This document shows, piece by piece, positions 36,115-44,366 of a DNA stretch of 64,000 nucleotides. Position numbers and translations under genes: made by a program. Origin of the DNA: Chitinophagales bacterium (GTDB taxonomy: Bacteria; Bacteroidota; Bacteroidia; Chitinophagales; BACL12). How positions within the stretch are numbered: the stretch's first letter is position 1; every line of letters starts with the position of its first letter. The DNA lies in contig JACJXO010000002.1 in assembly GCA_020636645.1 (NCBI GenBank), positions 106,465 through 170,464 on the forward strand, in the 5' to 3' direction. The notes under the pieces were generated by a model that did no database searches, was not told where the DNA came from, and saw only the letters and a program-made list of their open reading frames with translations.

Positions 36115-37194
36115 ATGGATAACGTTTATGTGGCGATCATGGCCGGGGGTATCGGCAGCAGGTTCTGGCCAGAAAGCAGGGCGAGCAAACCAAAGCAATT
36201 CCTCGACATCCTGAACACGGGGGAGACCCTGATACAGACCACCTTCCGGCGGTTTTTGAAAATAGTTGCCAAAGATAACATTTTCATTGTTACCAATGAA
36301 GACTATGTAGGACTGATATTAGAGCAGATACCGGATGTGAATCCGGCCAATATCCTGGCCGAGCCGGCACGCCGTAACACTGCTCCCTGTGTTGCCTACG
36401 TGAGCCATAAGATCGCTGCCATCAACCCGGATGCCAGGGTTGTCGTGGCACCTTCTGATCATCTGATACTCAATGAGCCTAAGTTCCTGGAATTCATAGG
36501 CAAAGCACTCCAGCATACGGAGACCCACGACCACCTGGTCACCCTGGGTATTCACCCTACCAGGCCCGATACCGGTTATGGTTATATCCAGTTCACCGAC
36601 CGCGAAGCAGCACCGGGCATCTTCAAGGTGAAGACCTTCACGGAAAAGCCCAACCTCGAACTGGCGGTCACCTTCCTGCGCTCCGGCGATTTCCTTTGGA
36701 ATGCCGGTATCTTCATATGGAAGGTAGAGGCCATTCTTGATGCATTTGACCACCATCTGCAGGATATGCACCAGGCTTTCTGGCAGGCGAGGAAGATGTT
36801 CGGTCACCCGGAAGAAAAGGCTGCAATAGAAAAAGCTTATTCCCTTTGTACCAATATATCCATTGACTACGGCATCATGGAAAAGGCCGATAATGTCTTC
36901 GTCATTCCCGCCAGTTTCGGCTGGAGCGACCTGGGTACCTGGGCATCGCTGTGGAACAACTACAACCGCGACTACTGGGGCAATGCCGTGAAAGGCAAGA
37001 AAGTCATGATCTACGACAGCAAGGATTGTATGGTTATGGCACCCGACGATAAACTGGTCATCCTCCAGGGTCTGGATGAATACATCATCATAGATCAGGG
37101 CGATGTGCTGCTGATCTGTAAAAAGGAGCACGAACAGGAGATCAAGAACATCACCGCTGATGTGAAGCGCAGACTGGGCGACAGATTCCTGTAA
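36115..37194 (+). CDS. Mannose-1-phosphate guanylyltransferase (nucleotidyltransferase domain only)
   Basis: The N-terminus reads IMAGGIGSRFWPESRASKPKQFLD. It is 359 aa. Confidence 0.8.
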   Translation: MDNVYVAIMAGGIGSRFWPESRASKPKQFLDILNTGETLIQTTFRRFLKIVAKDNIFIVTNEDYVGLILEQIPDVNPANILAEPARRNTAPCVAYVSHKIAAINPDARVVVAPSDHLILNEPKFLEFIGKALQHTETHDHLVTLGIHPTRPDTGYGYIQFTDREAAPGIFKVKTFTEKPNLELAVTFLRSGDFLWNAGIFIWKVEAILDAFDHHLQDMHQAFWQARKMFGHPEEKAAIEKAYSLCTNISIDYGIMEKADNVFVIPASFGWSDLGTWASLWNNYNRDYWGNAVKGKKVMIYDSKDCMVMAPDDKLVILQGLDEYIIIDQGDVLLICKKEHEQEIKNITADVKRRLGDRFL

Positions 37195-37268
37195 GGAGGG
37201 AAAGGAATTTAGGAAAATTATCTCCCTACCCGATTCAAAACATAGCAACCTGTCTCAGCCATGTCACA

Positions 37269-37308
37269 GGCCACAGGACATGGCGAGATACCAGAATATA
37301 TCAGATGC
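37269..37308 (+). repeat. Left copy of the direct repeat flanking the fibre cassette
   Basis: GGCCACAGGACATGGCGAGATAC ... TATCAGATGC matches 41003-41049 (20/23 identical, plus a second TATCAG..TGC block). Confidence 0.35.
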
Positions 37309-37381
37309 CTGGTCTAGTTCTGCTGACCCGGCCGGGACGGTAGGGTCTAGAGGAGAAAAGAGCTGAACCCCAATACAAACC

Positions 37382-38890
37382 CTACTGTATCACCATCAGT
37401 TTCGTATCCACCACTTTTCCATCCACCAGCAATGTATAGCTATAAGTACCTGCTGCCAATTGTGTAGCATCTACTTCTAAAACACCATTGCCCAGTTTTA
37501 CATCAGCCATGAACAGGCTTACCCCGGCAGCATCGGCTATTTTTATAATTGCCTGTTCGGCAGTTTCGGGTACAAAATAGCGTATGGAGGTACTACCGGT
37601 AAAAGGGTTGGGTCTGTTCTGAGAAAGGGTGGCCTGCGTTTGGTTTGAGGCTACAAAGATCCGTTGTACCTCATCCGTTGTTGACTCATTCATCTGAATA
37701 CCTTGTTGACCAAGCAGGGCTTCCAGTCTGGAAATGCGATCTTCCAGATTTGTATTCTCTGCATCCAGTTCCTGCACTGCTTTTACCAGCGGTACCACAA
37801 AGGTGGCATAGCGCAGGCCCAGGAGGCGACCGCTGGCATCTACGCCGCTGAACTCATACCCCAGGTCTTCTGCCGCAGCAGCCACTTCCTGGGCTATGAA
37901 TCCGGAAAAGGCCTGTTCTTCAATGTCGTATTTGCCGGTCCACGTAGCGGTATCTACTCTGCCCATCAGCTGGTTCTGGGTAGTGATGTTGTAGTGGTAG
38001 GTAACCGGCCGCAGCTGATTGATGAAATCCAGCCCCGGCACATTCTCTTCCACCTGCTCTTTGATGCGGGCATCGCTGTACACGGTCCAGTCCACCTCAC
38101 CACCGATGCTGGAGACGCTGGAGTTGCCGATTAGAACTTTATTGGAAGCATCTACTACAGCTATATATCCAACAGCTATTGAGTTCTCAAAATCATTACC
38201 AGTTGTAGTAGCATTGTAGCCAATTCCAATATTATAATTACCTGTTTTATTGACATTTAGAGCCAATGCTCCTATTGCTGTATTACTATTCCCCAGTGTA
38301 TTATTTGATAAACTTGCACGACCTATCGCAGTATTTTCATTCCCCTTTGTATTATCACTCATTGCACTGGAACCTATCGCAGTATTCTCGTTTCCTATCT
38401 TATTGCTCAGCATAGCATTAGAACCGATGGAAACGTTATTATCACCACTCTTATTAGAAAAAAGCGAATAATTTCCAATAGCTACATTGCTTTCTCCAAA
38501 GTAGTTGTATTTAAGAGACAAGTATCCAACGGCAACATTTTGTGATCCGGACTTGTTGTACCGCATAGCCTCTGCTCCAATGGCTGTGTTATATGATCCA
38601 ATTAAGTTGTCAGTCAAAACAAGCCATCCAATAGCAGTATTGTAATCACCATCAAGATTGCTGGTAAGTACTCCTTCCCCAAACCCGATCCCGGCAGGTC
38701 CATTGTAAATAGTTGAGGTTCCTAACCCAATACTGGCATGCCCATCAGGAGAATTGATGTCCAGCAGAAGTTCCGGTGTTGTGGTACCAATACCCACAAA
38801 TCCGGAGTCGGGAAAGATATTCTGTGCGCTGGCCGGGTTAATGACAGCTGCCAGAAACGCCATGCAGATCAGTTGAATAAGGTTTTTCAT
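37382..38890 (-). CDS. Fibre-like protein: YadA-head/tail-fibre-type NTAIG repeats + Peptidase_S74 intramolecular chaperone domain + T9SS CTD
   Basis: 502 aa with a signal peptide. It has about 10 repeats of G..NTAIG..A...N. The S74 signature is SDARIKEQVEENVPGLDFINQLRPVTYHY...GFIAQEV...LRYATFVVPLVKAVQEL. The CTD reads NRPNPFTGSTSIRY.... Confidence 0.8.
   Translation of the reverse strand: MKNLIQLICMAFLAAVINPASAQNIFPDSGFVGIGTTTPELLLDINSPDGHASIGLGTSTIYNGPAGIGFGEGVLTSNLDGDYNTAIGWLVLTDNLIGSYNTAIGAEAMRYNKSGSQNVAVGYLSLKYNYFGESNVAIGNYSLFSNKSGDNNVSIGSNAMLSNKIGNENTAIGSSAMSDNTKGNENTAIGRASLSNNTLGNSNTAIGALALNVNKTGNYNIGIGYNATTTGNDFENSIAVGYIAVVDASNKVLIGNSSVSSIGGEVDWTVYSDARIKEQVEENVPGLDFINQLRPVTYHYNITTQNQLMGRVDTATWTGKYDIEEQAFSGFIAQEVAAAAEDLGYEFSGVDASGRLLGLRYATFVVPLVKAVQELDAENTNLEDRISRLEALLGQQGIQMNESTTDEVQRIFVASNQTQATLSQNRPNPFTGSTSIRYFVPETAEQAIIKIADAAGVSLFMADVKLGNGVLEVDATQLAAGTYSYTLLVDGKVVDTKLMVIQ
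37706..38077 (-). other. Peptidase_S74 / endosialidase-chaperone-like domain (aa 272-395)
   Basis: It starts at the conserved S-D-x-R-x-K and ends in a coiled coil, NLEDRISRLEALL. Confidence 0.7.
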
Positions 38891-38912
38891 TTTGCTTGAT
38901 TTATAAGAATAT

Positions 38913-40841
38913 TTAAAAATAAGTTATCACGATGACGACCCCGTTGGCGCCATCACCCCCGGCACCACTGGTATGTCCTGAGCCGGCAGCACCACCACCG
39001 CCACCTCCTGCGCCGTAGCTGGCTCCGTTGCCCCCGCTTCCGGCTGTTGCGGAAGCACTGGCAGCGCCCCCACCACCACCGGAGCCCAGGTAATTACCGC
39101 TCTCTGCTGTTCCATTACCACCACTGCCCCCGGAAGTACCTCCGCTGCCTGCTGCCGGAGAACTATTCATGAACTGGATATTGCCCCCGCCGTCACCACC
39201 CGAATAGGCGGTTCCGCCACTGCTGATACCACCTCCGGCTCCTCCACCCAGGCTAGCGTAGTTGCTGTTGCCCGCATCATCGCCCTGGTCTGCCGGGTCA
39301 GCACTGGCACCAGAGCCTCCCTGAGACTTCAGCCCCGGACCACCTGACCCTCCGGCTGCCCCTGTCGAGGAGCCCCCGTTCCCACCGTTGCCTCCGCTTG
39401 CCTTCAGGTAATCGCCAAAAAAGGATTTGGTGCCATTGCCACCGTCCTTTCCGTCGCCGGAACTTACGGCAGCTCCTCCTGTTCCACCGGCACCCGCATA
39501 GGCCAGTACATTGGCATCCAGGTTGGCAGCGTTGAAGGTCATTTCACTCATGCCTCCGGCGCCTCCTCCCGATCCTCCGGACATGTCACCGGTAACCCCA
39601 CCACTGCCTCCGCCACCACCACCGCCAATACAGATGACTGTCACCGAAACAGCCCCGGTAGGTTTAGCCCACAGAGTAGTTGTTCCTGTAAACACCTGTA
39701 CGTCGGTTACCACAGTCTCCCAGTCTAAGTTGCCTGACCCATCGGTCTGCAATACCTGGTTGGCATCGCCATCATCATCCGGCCAGGTGTAGCCAACGTC
39801 ATTGATACGTACCAGGTCGCCGGTGGAACTGACCTGAAATTCATCTCCGGATCCTACATTGAATGTATTTGACAATGTTGAACCGCTATTGCCGACACTG
39901 AATTTACCAGAACTCAAATCGCCATATAATAGATTTCCAATATTTAGCCTGTTGCTTAAATCCAAACCGGTTGATGGATTTACTGAAATATTGTTACCGA
40001 TTACAATATTATTATTACCTGATTGGCTTGGAAAGCTACCTTTCCCAGATTCCGAGCCAACAAAAATGTTATTGCTCCCGTCGCTAATAGATGAGCCAGC
40101 TGAATATCCAATTACTGTATTTTCAACACCTTCTGTTAGGCCTATAACTGAATTATAACCTATTGCAACATTATAATCACCTGAAGTTACATTACCCAAC
40201 ACACCAGTAGTAGTTGAAGTACCGCCGATAGCAATGTTGCCATCACCGGTCACCTGCGGGCTATCTGAATTATTATAGTAGGTATTTTGGCCAATTCCAA
40301 TATTTGATGATCCGGTTGTAATCAACTCACCAGCTCTGCTACCGATCATTGTATTCTTGCCGCCGCTGGTAATATTGCTGGATGAGTACCATCCAACCGA
40401 AGTATTGTGCCCTGCAGAACCAGTGACTGTTTCTAAGGCTTTATATCCGATACCCACCGTTCCATGATTGGAGCTCGAAGCTGCATCCCCTGCATATTCA
40501 CCAAGAAATAAACCATCATACGAACCTCCTGTAACGTGCAGAAATTTATTGCTGTTTAGTTTCAGCATATCTACATTGCTGTATCCTTCTGCTTCATCAA
40601 AGTGAATGACCTTTTCCAGATAAATTTCTGACCAGCTGGAATCTTCAGACCCTAAATTCCGATCTGCATCAGGCAAAAGATGTGAATTGATATTAGTTGT
40701 TACGTCCAGATTGCTCAGGTCTTCACAGGCGGGATCACATGTCTGTGCAAACATGCGGTTACCACACATGGATGTGAGCAACAAACAAACGATCAGTTTG
40801 TAAAATGGGGGGGGGGGGCTTAACAGGAAATTAACCTTCAT
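38913..40841 (-). CDS. Secreted fibre-like protein with degenerate NxxIG repeats and a ~260-aa glycine-rich C-terminal domain; no T9SS CTD
   Basis: 642 aa. The signal peptide contains the C12-encoded PPPP. YTWPDDDGDANQVLQTDGSGNLDWE is followed by WAKPTGAVSVTVICIGGGGGGGSGG.... It ends in ...GANGVVIVITYF. Confidence 0.75.
   Translation of the reverse strand: MKVNFLLSPPPPFYKLIVCLLLTSMCGNRMFAQTCDPACEDLSNLDVTTNINSHLLPDADRNLGSEDSSWSEIYLEKVIHFDEAEGYSNVDMLKLNSNKFLHVTGGSYDGLFLGEYAGDAASSSNHGTVGIGYKALETVTGSAGHNTSVGWYSSSNITSGGKNTMIGSRAGELITTGSSNIGIGQNTYYNNSDSPQVTGDGNIAIGGTSTTTGVLGNVTSGDYNVAIGYNSVIGLTEGVENTVIGYSAGSSISDGSNNIFVGSESGKGSFPSQSGNNNIVIGNNISVNPSTGLDLSNRLNIGNLLYGDLSSGKFSVGNSGSTLSNTFNVGSGDEFQVSSTGDLVRINDVGYTWPDDDGDANQVLQTDGSGNLDWETVVTDVQVFTGTTTLWAKPTGAVSVTVICIGGGGGGGSGGVTGDMSGGSGGGAGGMSEMTFNAANLDANVLAYAGAGGTGGAAVSSGDGKDGGNGTKSFFGDYLKASGGNGGNGGSSTGAAGGSGGPGLKSQGGSGASADPADQGDDAGNSNYASLGGGAGGGISSGGTAYSGGDGGGNIQFMNSSPAAGSGGTSGGSGGNGTAESGNYLGSGGGGGAASASATAGSGGNGASYGAGGGGGGAAGSGHTSGAGGDGANGVVIVITYF
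40807..40818 (-). repeat. Homopolymer C12 (G12 on the plus strand) within codons 8-12 of the fibre gene
   Basis: Counted directly as 12 consecutive G at 40807-40818. A tract of 11 or 13 gives a premature stop within 4 or 16 codons (my translation). Confidence 0.9.
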
Positions 40842-41002
40842 GGTCTGATTTTTTGATGTGGAACAATGAAGGCAGAATGGGGCATGTAGGGAAGTTACAA
40901 GTTGTTTTTGGAAAGTACAAATTACTTAGATACAGCACTTGGACTATGTCAAGTATGAGAGCTCTTCTTATGGCGGGGTTATTTTGTTTCAGCGTTGTTA
41001 CT

Positions 41003-41049
41003 GGCCACAGGACGTGGCGTGATGCAGGAGATTCCTGTTATCAGTCTGC
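41003..41049 (+). repeat. Right copy of the direct repeat flanking the fibre cassette
   Basis: GGCCACAGGACGTGGCGTGATGC ... TATCAGTCTGC; see 37269-37308. Confidence 0.35.
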
Positions 41050-41228
41050 AGTCATTAATCCTGAGTCGGCTTCAGGAATAACGTGTTCTTTAGAAGGTGT
41101 TGTTCGACTATCGGGAAGTCATGCCAACCGCCAGGAAACTAAGTCTCATTACCCAATACTCCCTACTCAATACCCGATACTAACCATCGTCCTTCCTCCT
41201 TTCACAATTTCCTCCTTACTTTACCCAT

Positions 41229-42386
41229 ATGCAATCGCCGATCATCATTCGTTCCAAATTACCCAACACAGGCATCAGCATTTTCGCCAGAATGACCGCT
41301 CTGGCCAATCAGCACGGAGCCATCAACCTGGCCCAGGGGTTTCCAGATTTTCCCCCGCCAAAAAGACTCGTTTCACTCGTGGCTGATGCCATGCGAAAAG
41401 GCCACAACCAGTATGCACCCATGCCGGGTGTGCCCGATCTGCGGGAAGCCATTGCAGACAAGACTAAAGACACTTATAAGTGCAAAGTGGATGCAGAAAA
41501 GGAAGTGACCGTAACAGCAGGGGCCACTTACGGACTGTTCGCTGCATTCCAGGCCTTGCTGCATGAAGGCGATGAGGTACTGGTGTTCGAACCGGCCTAC
41601 GATTCATATGTGCCCGGTATCCAGCTGGCAGGCGCAGAACCTGTTTTTGTGGAACTGCATGCACCGGATTATAGCATCGACTGGGAAGGCGTCAAGAAAA
41701 AGATCAATGCCAGAACAAGGGCCATTCTGATCAACACCCCCCACAATCCGTCCGGAACCTGCTGGACGAAAAATGATCTCCTTCAGCTTGAAAAGATCGT
41801 GGTGGGAACCGACATCATCGTCATCAGCGATGAAGTGTATGAACACATCACCTTCGATGATGGCCGGCATGAAAGCGTGCTGCGCTATCCGAAGCTGGCA
41901 CAGCAGAGCATCGTCATATCCTCCTTCGGCAAAACCTATCACAACACAGGTTGGAAGATGGGTTATGTGATCGCCAATGAATCCATCACCAAAGAGTTCA
42001 GGGCAGTGCATCAGTTCCTGGTCTTCAGTGTGAACACACCTATGCAGTATGCGGTGGCGCAGTTCATCCGCGAAGCGCCGGAACATTTTCAGGATCTGCC
42101 ACAATTCTATCAGCGCAAACGGGATTTTTTCCTGGAAGCCGTAAAAGATTCCCGGTTCTCCTTCACGCCCGCATCAGGCACCTATTTTCAACTGCTCGAC
42201 TACAGTGCCATCTCAGATGAACAGGATACGGTCTTTGCAGAACGGATCACCGCAGAGTTTGGCGTAGCTGCCATACCTTTGAGTCCGTTCTACCGCGGCC
42301 CGGTAGGCGACAGGGTGCTGCGTTTCTGTTTTGCCAAAAGCGAAAAGACCCTGGAAAAAGCGGCCGCTATCTTATGCAGGATCTGA
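41229..42386 (+). CDS. Class I/II aminotransferase (YbdL-type methionine/glutamine transaminase)
   Basis: Motifs are SKLPNTGISIFARMTALANQHGAINLAQGFPDF and the PLP-Lys context SSFGKTY. It is 385 aa. Confidence 0.8.
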   Translation: MQSPIIIRSKLPNTGISIFARMTALANQHGAINLAQGFPDFPPPKRLVSLVADAMRKGHNQYAPMPGVPDLREAIADKTKDTYKCKVDAEKEVTVTAGATYGLFAAFQALLHEGDEVLVFEPAYDSYVPGIQLAGAEPVFVELHAPDYSIDWEGVKKKINARTRAILINTPHNPSGTCWTKNDLLQLEKIVVGTDIIVISDEVYEHITFDDGRHESVLRYPKLAQQSIVISSFGKTYHNTGWKMGYVIANESITKEFRAVHQFLVFSVNTPMQYAVAQFIREAPEHFQDLPQFYQRKRDFFLEAVKDSRFSFTPASGTYFQLLDYSAISDEQDTVFAERITAEFGVAAIPLSPFYRGPVGDRVLRFCFAKSEKTLEKAAAILCRI

Positions 42387-43147
42387 GAATTACACTGATA
42401 CAATCTGACCTGGCCTGGGAAGACCCTGCCCGCAACCTCTCTTTGTTCGGCAAGCTGGTACAGTCAGCCGGCGAGACCGATATCATCGTCCTTCCCGAAA
42501 TGTTCTCTACCGGATTCAGCATGAATGCAGCTGACCTGGCCGAAGCACCAGACGGATCCACCGTGCAGTGGATGCACGAGATGGCAGAGAAGAAACAATG
42601 TTGTGTGGTGGGCTCGGTCATCATGGAGGAAGGCGATCAGTATTTCAACAGACTGGTCTGGATGTTCCCCGACGGGCATTATGAAAAGTATGACAAACGC
42701 CACCTGTTTTCACTTGCCGGCGAAGAGAATACCTATACTCCCGGTCACGAACGACTGCTGGTGGAAGTGAACGGCTGGACCATTTGTCCGCTCATCTGCT
42801 ATGACCTGCGTTTTCCGGTCTGGTCACGTTTTAAAAACGATTACGATGTGCTGCTCTACGTGGCCAACTGGCCGGAAAAAAGAGTACACGCCTGGCGACA
42901 ATTACTTATGGCCCGTGCCATCGAGAACCAGTGCTATGTGCTGGGAGTGAACCGCATCGGTGTGGATGGGAACACCGTTTATCACAGTGGCAACAGTGCG
43001 GTCATCGACCCCATGGGCGAACGTATCTGGGAGCTGGAACATGAAAGAGCGGTCTTTACCACTACTCTGAAATACGGGTATCTGGAAGAGATCCGCACCC
43101 GCCTGCCATTCCAGAACGACCGCGACATGTTCAGCGTGAACGACTGA
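42374..43147 (+). CDS. Nitrilase-superfamily omega-amidase (YafV-like)
   Basis: 257 aa. Glu (LPEMF), Lys and Cys (ICYDLRFP) catalytic contexts are present. It overlaps the upstream aminotransferase by 13 nt. Confidence 0.8.
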   Translation: MQDLRITLIQSDLAWEDPARNLSLFGKLVQSAGETDIIVLPEMFSTGFSMNAADLAEAPDGSTVQWMHEMAEKKQCCVVGSVIMEEGDQYFNRLVWMFPDGHYEKYDKRHLFSLAGEENTYTPGHERLLVEVNGWTICPLICYDLRFPVWSRFKNDYDVLLYVANWPEKRVHAWRQLLMARAIENQCYVLGVNRIGVDGNTVYHSGNSAVIDPMGERIWELEHERAVFTTTLKYGYLEEIRTRLPFQNDRDMFSVND

Positions 43148-43156
43148 GTGCCGGTT

Positions 43157-43549
43157 CTAATTCCTGGAAGGAAAGATCCCGGATGTGCATATGATATAGT
43201 GCATTCCCAATCCCTTGACACCATTGGCGTCTCTGCCCAGCTTCACGGATTCACCCACATCAAGGGTGTTGGCTCCATTGGATAGACCTACACCTACCGG
43301 AACCGCACCACGCAGGTCAGGTAGCGCAAACGTGGTTCGTCCATCGCCGCCATAATAGGTACCGATGATGGAGAATAAAGCGGAGTATTCTGAGATGTTC
43401 AGTATCTGACCATCGCAGAATGCCCAGCCGCGTGGGGCAAAACTTCCTGCAAATAAACGAACCTCGCCCAGCATGGCGTCCTGGGCCTTTGCACCACCTA
43501 CGAAAAGTGTGGTGACCAGTGCCATGAGTAACAGATGTTTTTTCATCAT
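43157..43549 (-). CDS. Secreted phage-tail-collar-domain protein (MdpB-like)
   Basis: 130 aa with a signal peptide. GEVRLFAGSFAPRGWAFCDGQILNISEYSALFSIIGTYYGGDGRTTFALPDLRG is the Collar domain signature. Confidence 0.8.
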   Translation of the reverse strand: MMKKHLLLMALVTTLFVGGAKAQDAMLGEVRLFAGSFAPRGWAFCDGQILNISEYSALFSIIGTYYGGDGRTTFALPDLRGAVPVGVGLSNGANTLDVGESVKLGRDANGVKGLGMHYIICTSGIFPSRN

Positions 43550-43663
43550 TAGGTTTTATAGGTGGAAATAAAGATAAGATAAACCAGATTTCAGGTAAAT
43601 GATCGGTAGTAGGGTGCATCTGCTTTACAGAGTCCTGCCTATATTCGTATTCAAACAAGCAAT

Positions 43664-44281
43664 ATGCGCATCACCATTCTCGGAGCAGGAAACATTGGCA
43701 TGGCTGCTGCCATGAAGTGGCGTGAAGCCGGGCATACCATCACTTTTGGTGTGCGTGATGTGCAAAGCCAGAAAGCCTACGATGCTGTGGGGGAAGGATT
43801 CACAGTGTTGCCTTTCCAGGAGGCGATGGTTGATCCGGAAGTGGTGTTGTTCGCAGTACCGTTCGCCATTGCCGATGAAGTGGTCAAAGCCATCCGTTCT
43901 GACTGGGAAAATATGATCATCATTGACGCCACCAATCCTGTCAATACGCCCACAGAACCATTTGATTCTGCAGCTGAAGCAATCAGCGCCTGGACCGGCG
44001 GAGAAGTGGTGAAGGCCTTCAATACCACCGGGGTAGCCAACATGCGCAACCCCAATTATGGTGATAAGACCATAGAGACCTTTATCTGTGGCGATGATGA
44101 AGCCGCTAAAAAAGTGGTGACCCAACTGGCAGAAGAACTGGGTTTTATTCCAGTTGATGCCGGCAGCCTGGAACATGCAGCCATGCTGGAGAACCTGGCC
44201 AAACTATGGATCACCCTGGCTTACAAGCAAGGGAAAGGCCCGCATTTTGCCTTCACCCTGCTGCACAGACAGAAGAGCTGA
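43664..44281 (+). CDS. NADPH-dependent F420-reductase-like / NAD(P)-binding oxidoreductase
   Basis: The Rossmann N-terminus is MRITILGAGNIGMAAA. It is 205 aa. Confidence 0.7.
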   Translation: MRITILGAGNIGMAAAMKWREAGHTITFGVRDVQSQKAYDAVGEGFTVLPFQEAMVDPEVVLFAVPFAIADEVVKAIRSDWENMIIIDATNPVNTPTEPFDSAAEAISAWTGGEVVKAFNTTGVANMRNPNYGDKTIETFICGDDEAAKKVVTQLAEELGFIPVDAGSLEHAAMLENLAKLWITLAYKQGKGPHFAFTLLHRQKS

Positions 44282-44366
44282 GCACATCCATACCATAATA
44301 TTGGAATGTAGATCACGACCTTTCGGGGTTGCAGGTGCTGCTATGTGTTAAAAATCTTTAAGCCTC

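Noticed and set aside
36319-37248. 309-aa ORF antisense to the mannose-1-phosphate guanylyltransferase gene
   Set aside because: The plus-strand product has the canonical GGxGxRxWP nucleotidyltransferase motif. The antisense ORF has no recognisable features and overlaps that gene completely.
41027-41095. Alternative pairings (GATTCCTG / CAGGAAT and TCCTGA / TCAGGA) in the leader upstream of the aminotransferase, considered as a riboswitch or attenuator
   Set aside because: The stems are short, no conserved riboswitch core is recognisable, and no leader peptide is present. Covariation data would be needed.
41140-41228. Run of ATAC(T)-containing words (CCAATACTCCCTACTCAATACCCGATACTAACC) upstream of the aminotransferase
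   Set aside because: The spacing is irregular and there is no clear repeat unit. It may be promoter-proximal simple sequence, and the evidence is insufficient.
40853-41386. 177-aa plus-strand ORF spanning the 387-nt gap between the fibre gene and the aminotransferase
   Set aside because: It has no signal peptide, no motifs and an odd composition. It runs into the well-supported aminotransferase start at 41229 in another frame. I treat the region as non-coding regulatory DNA.
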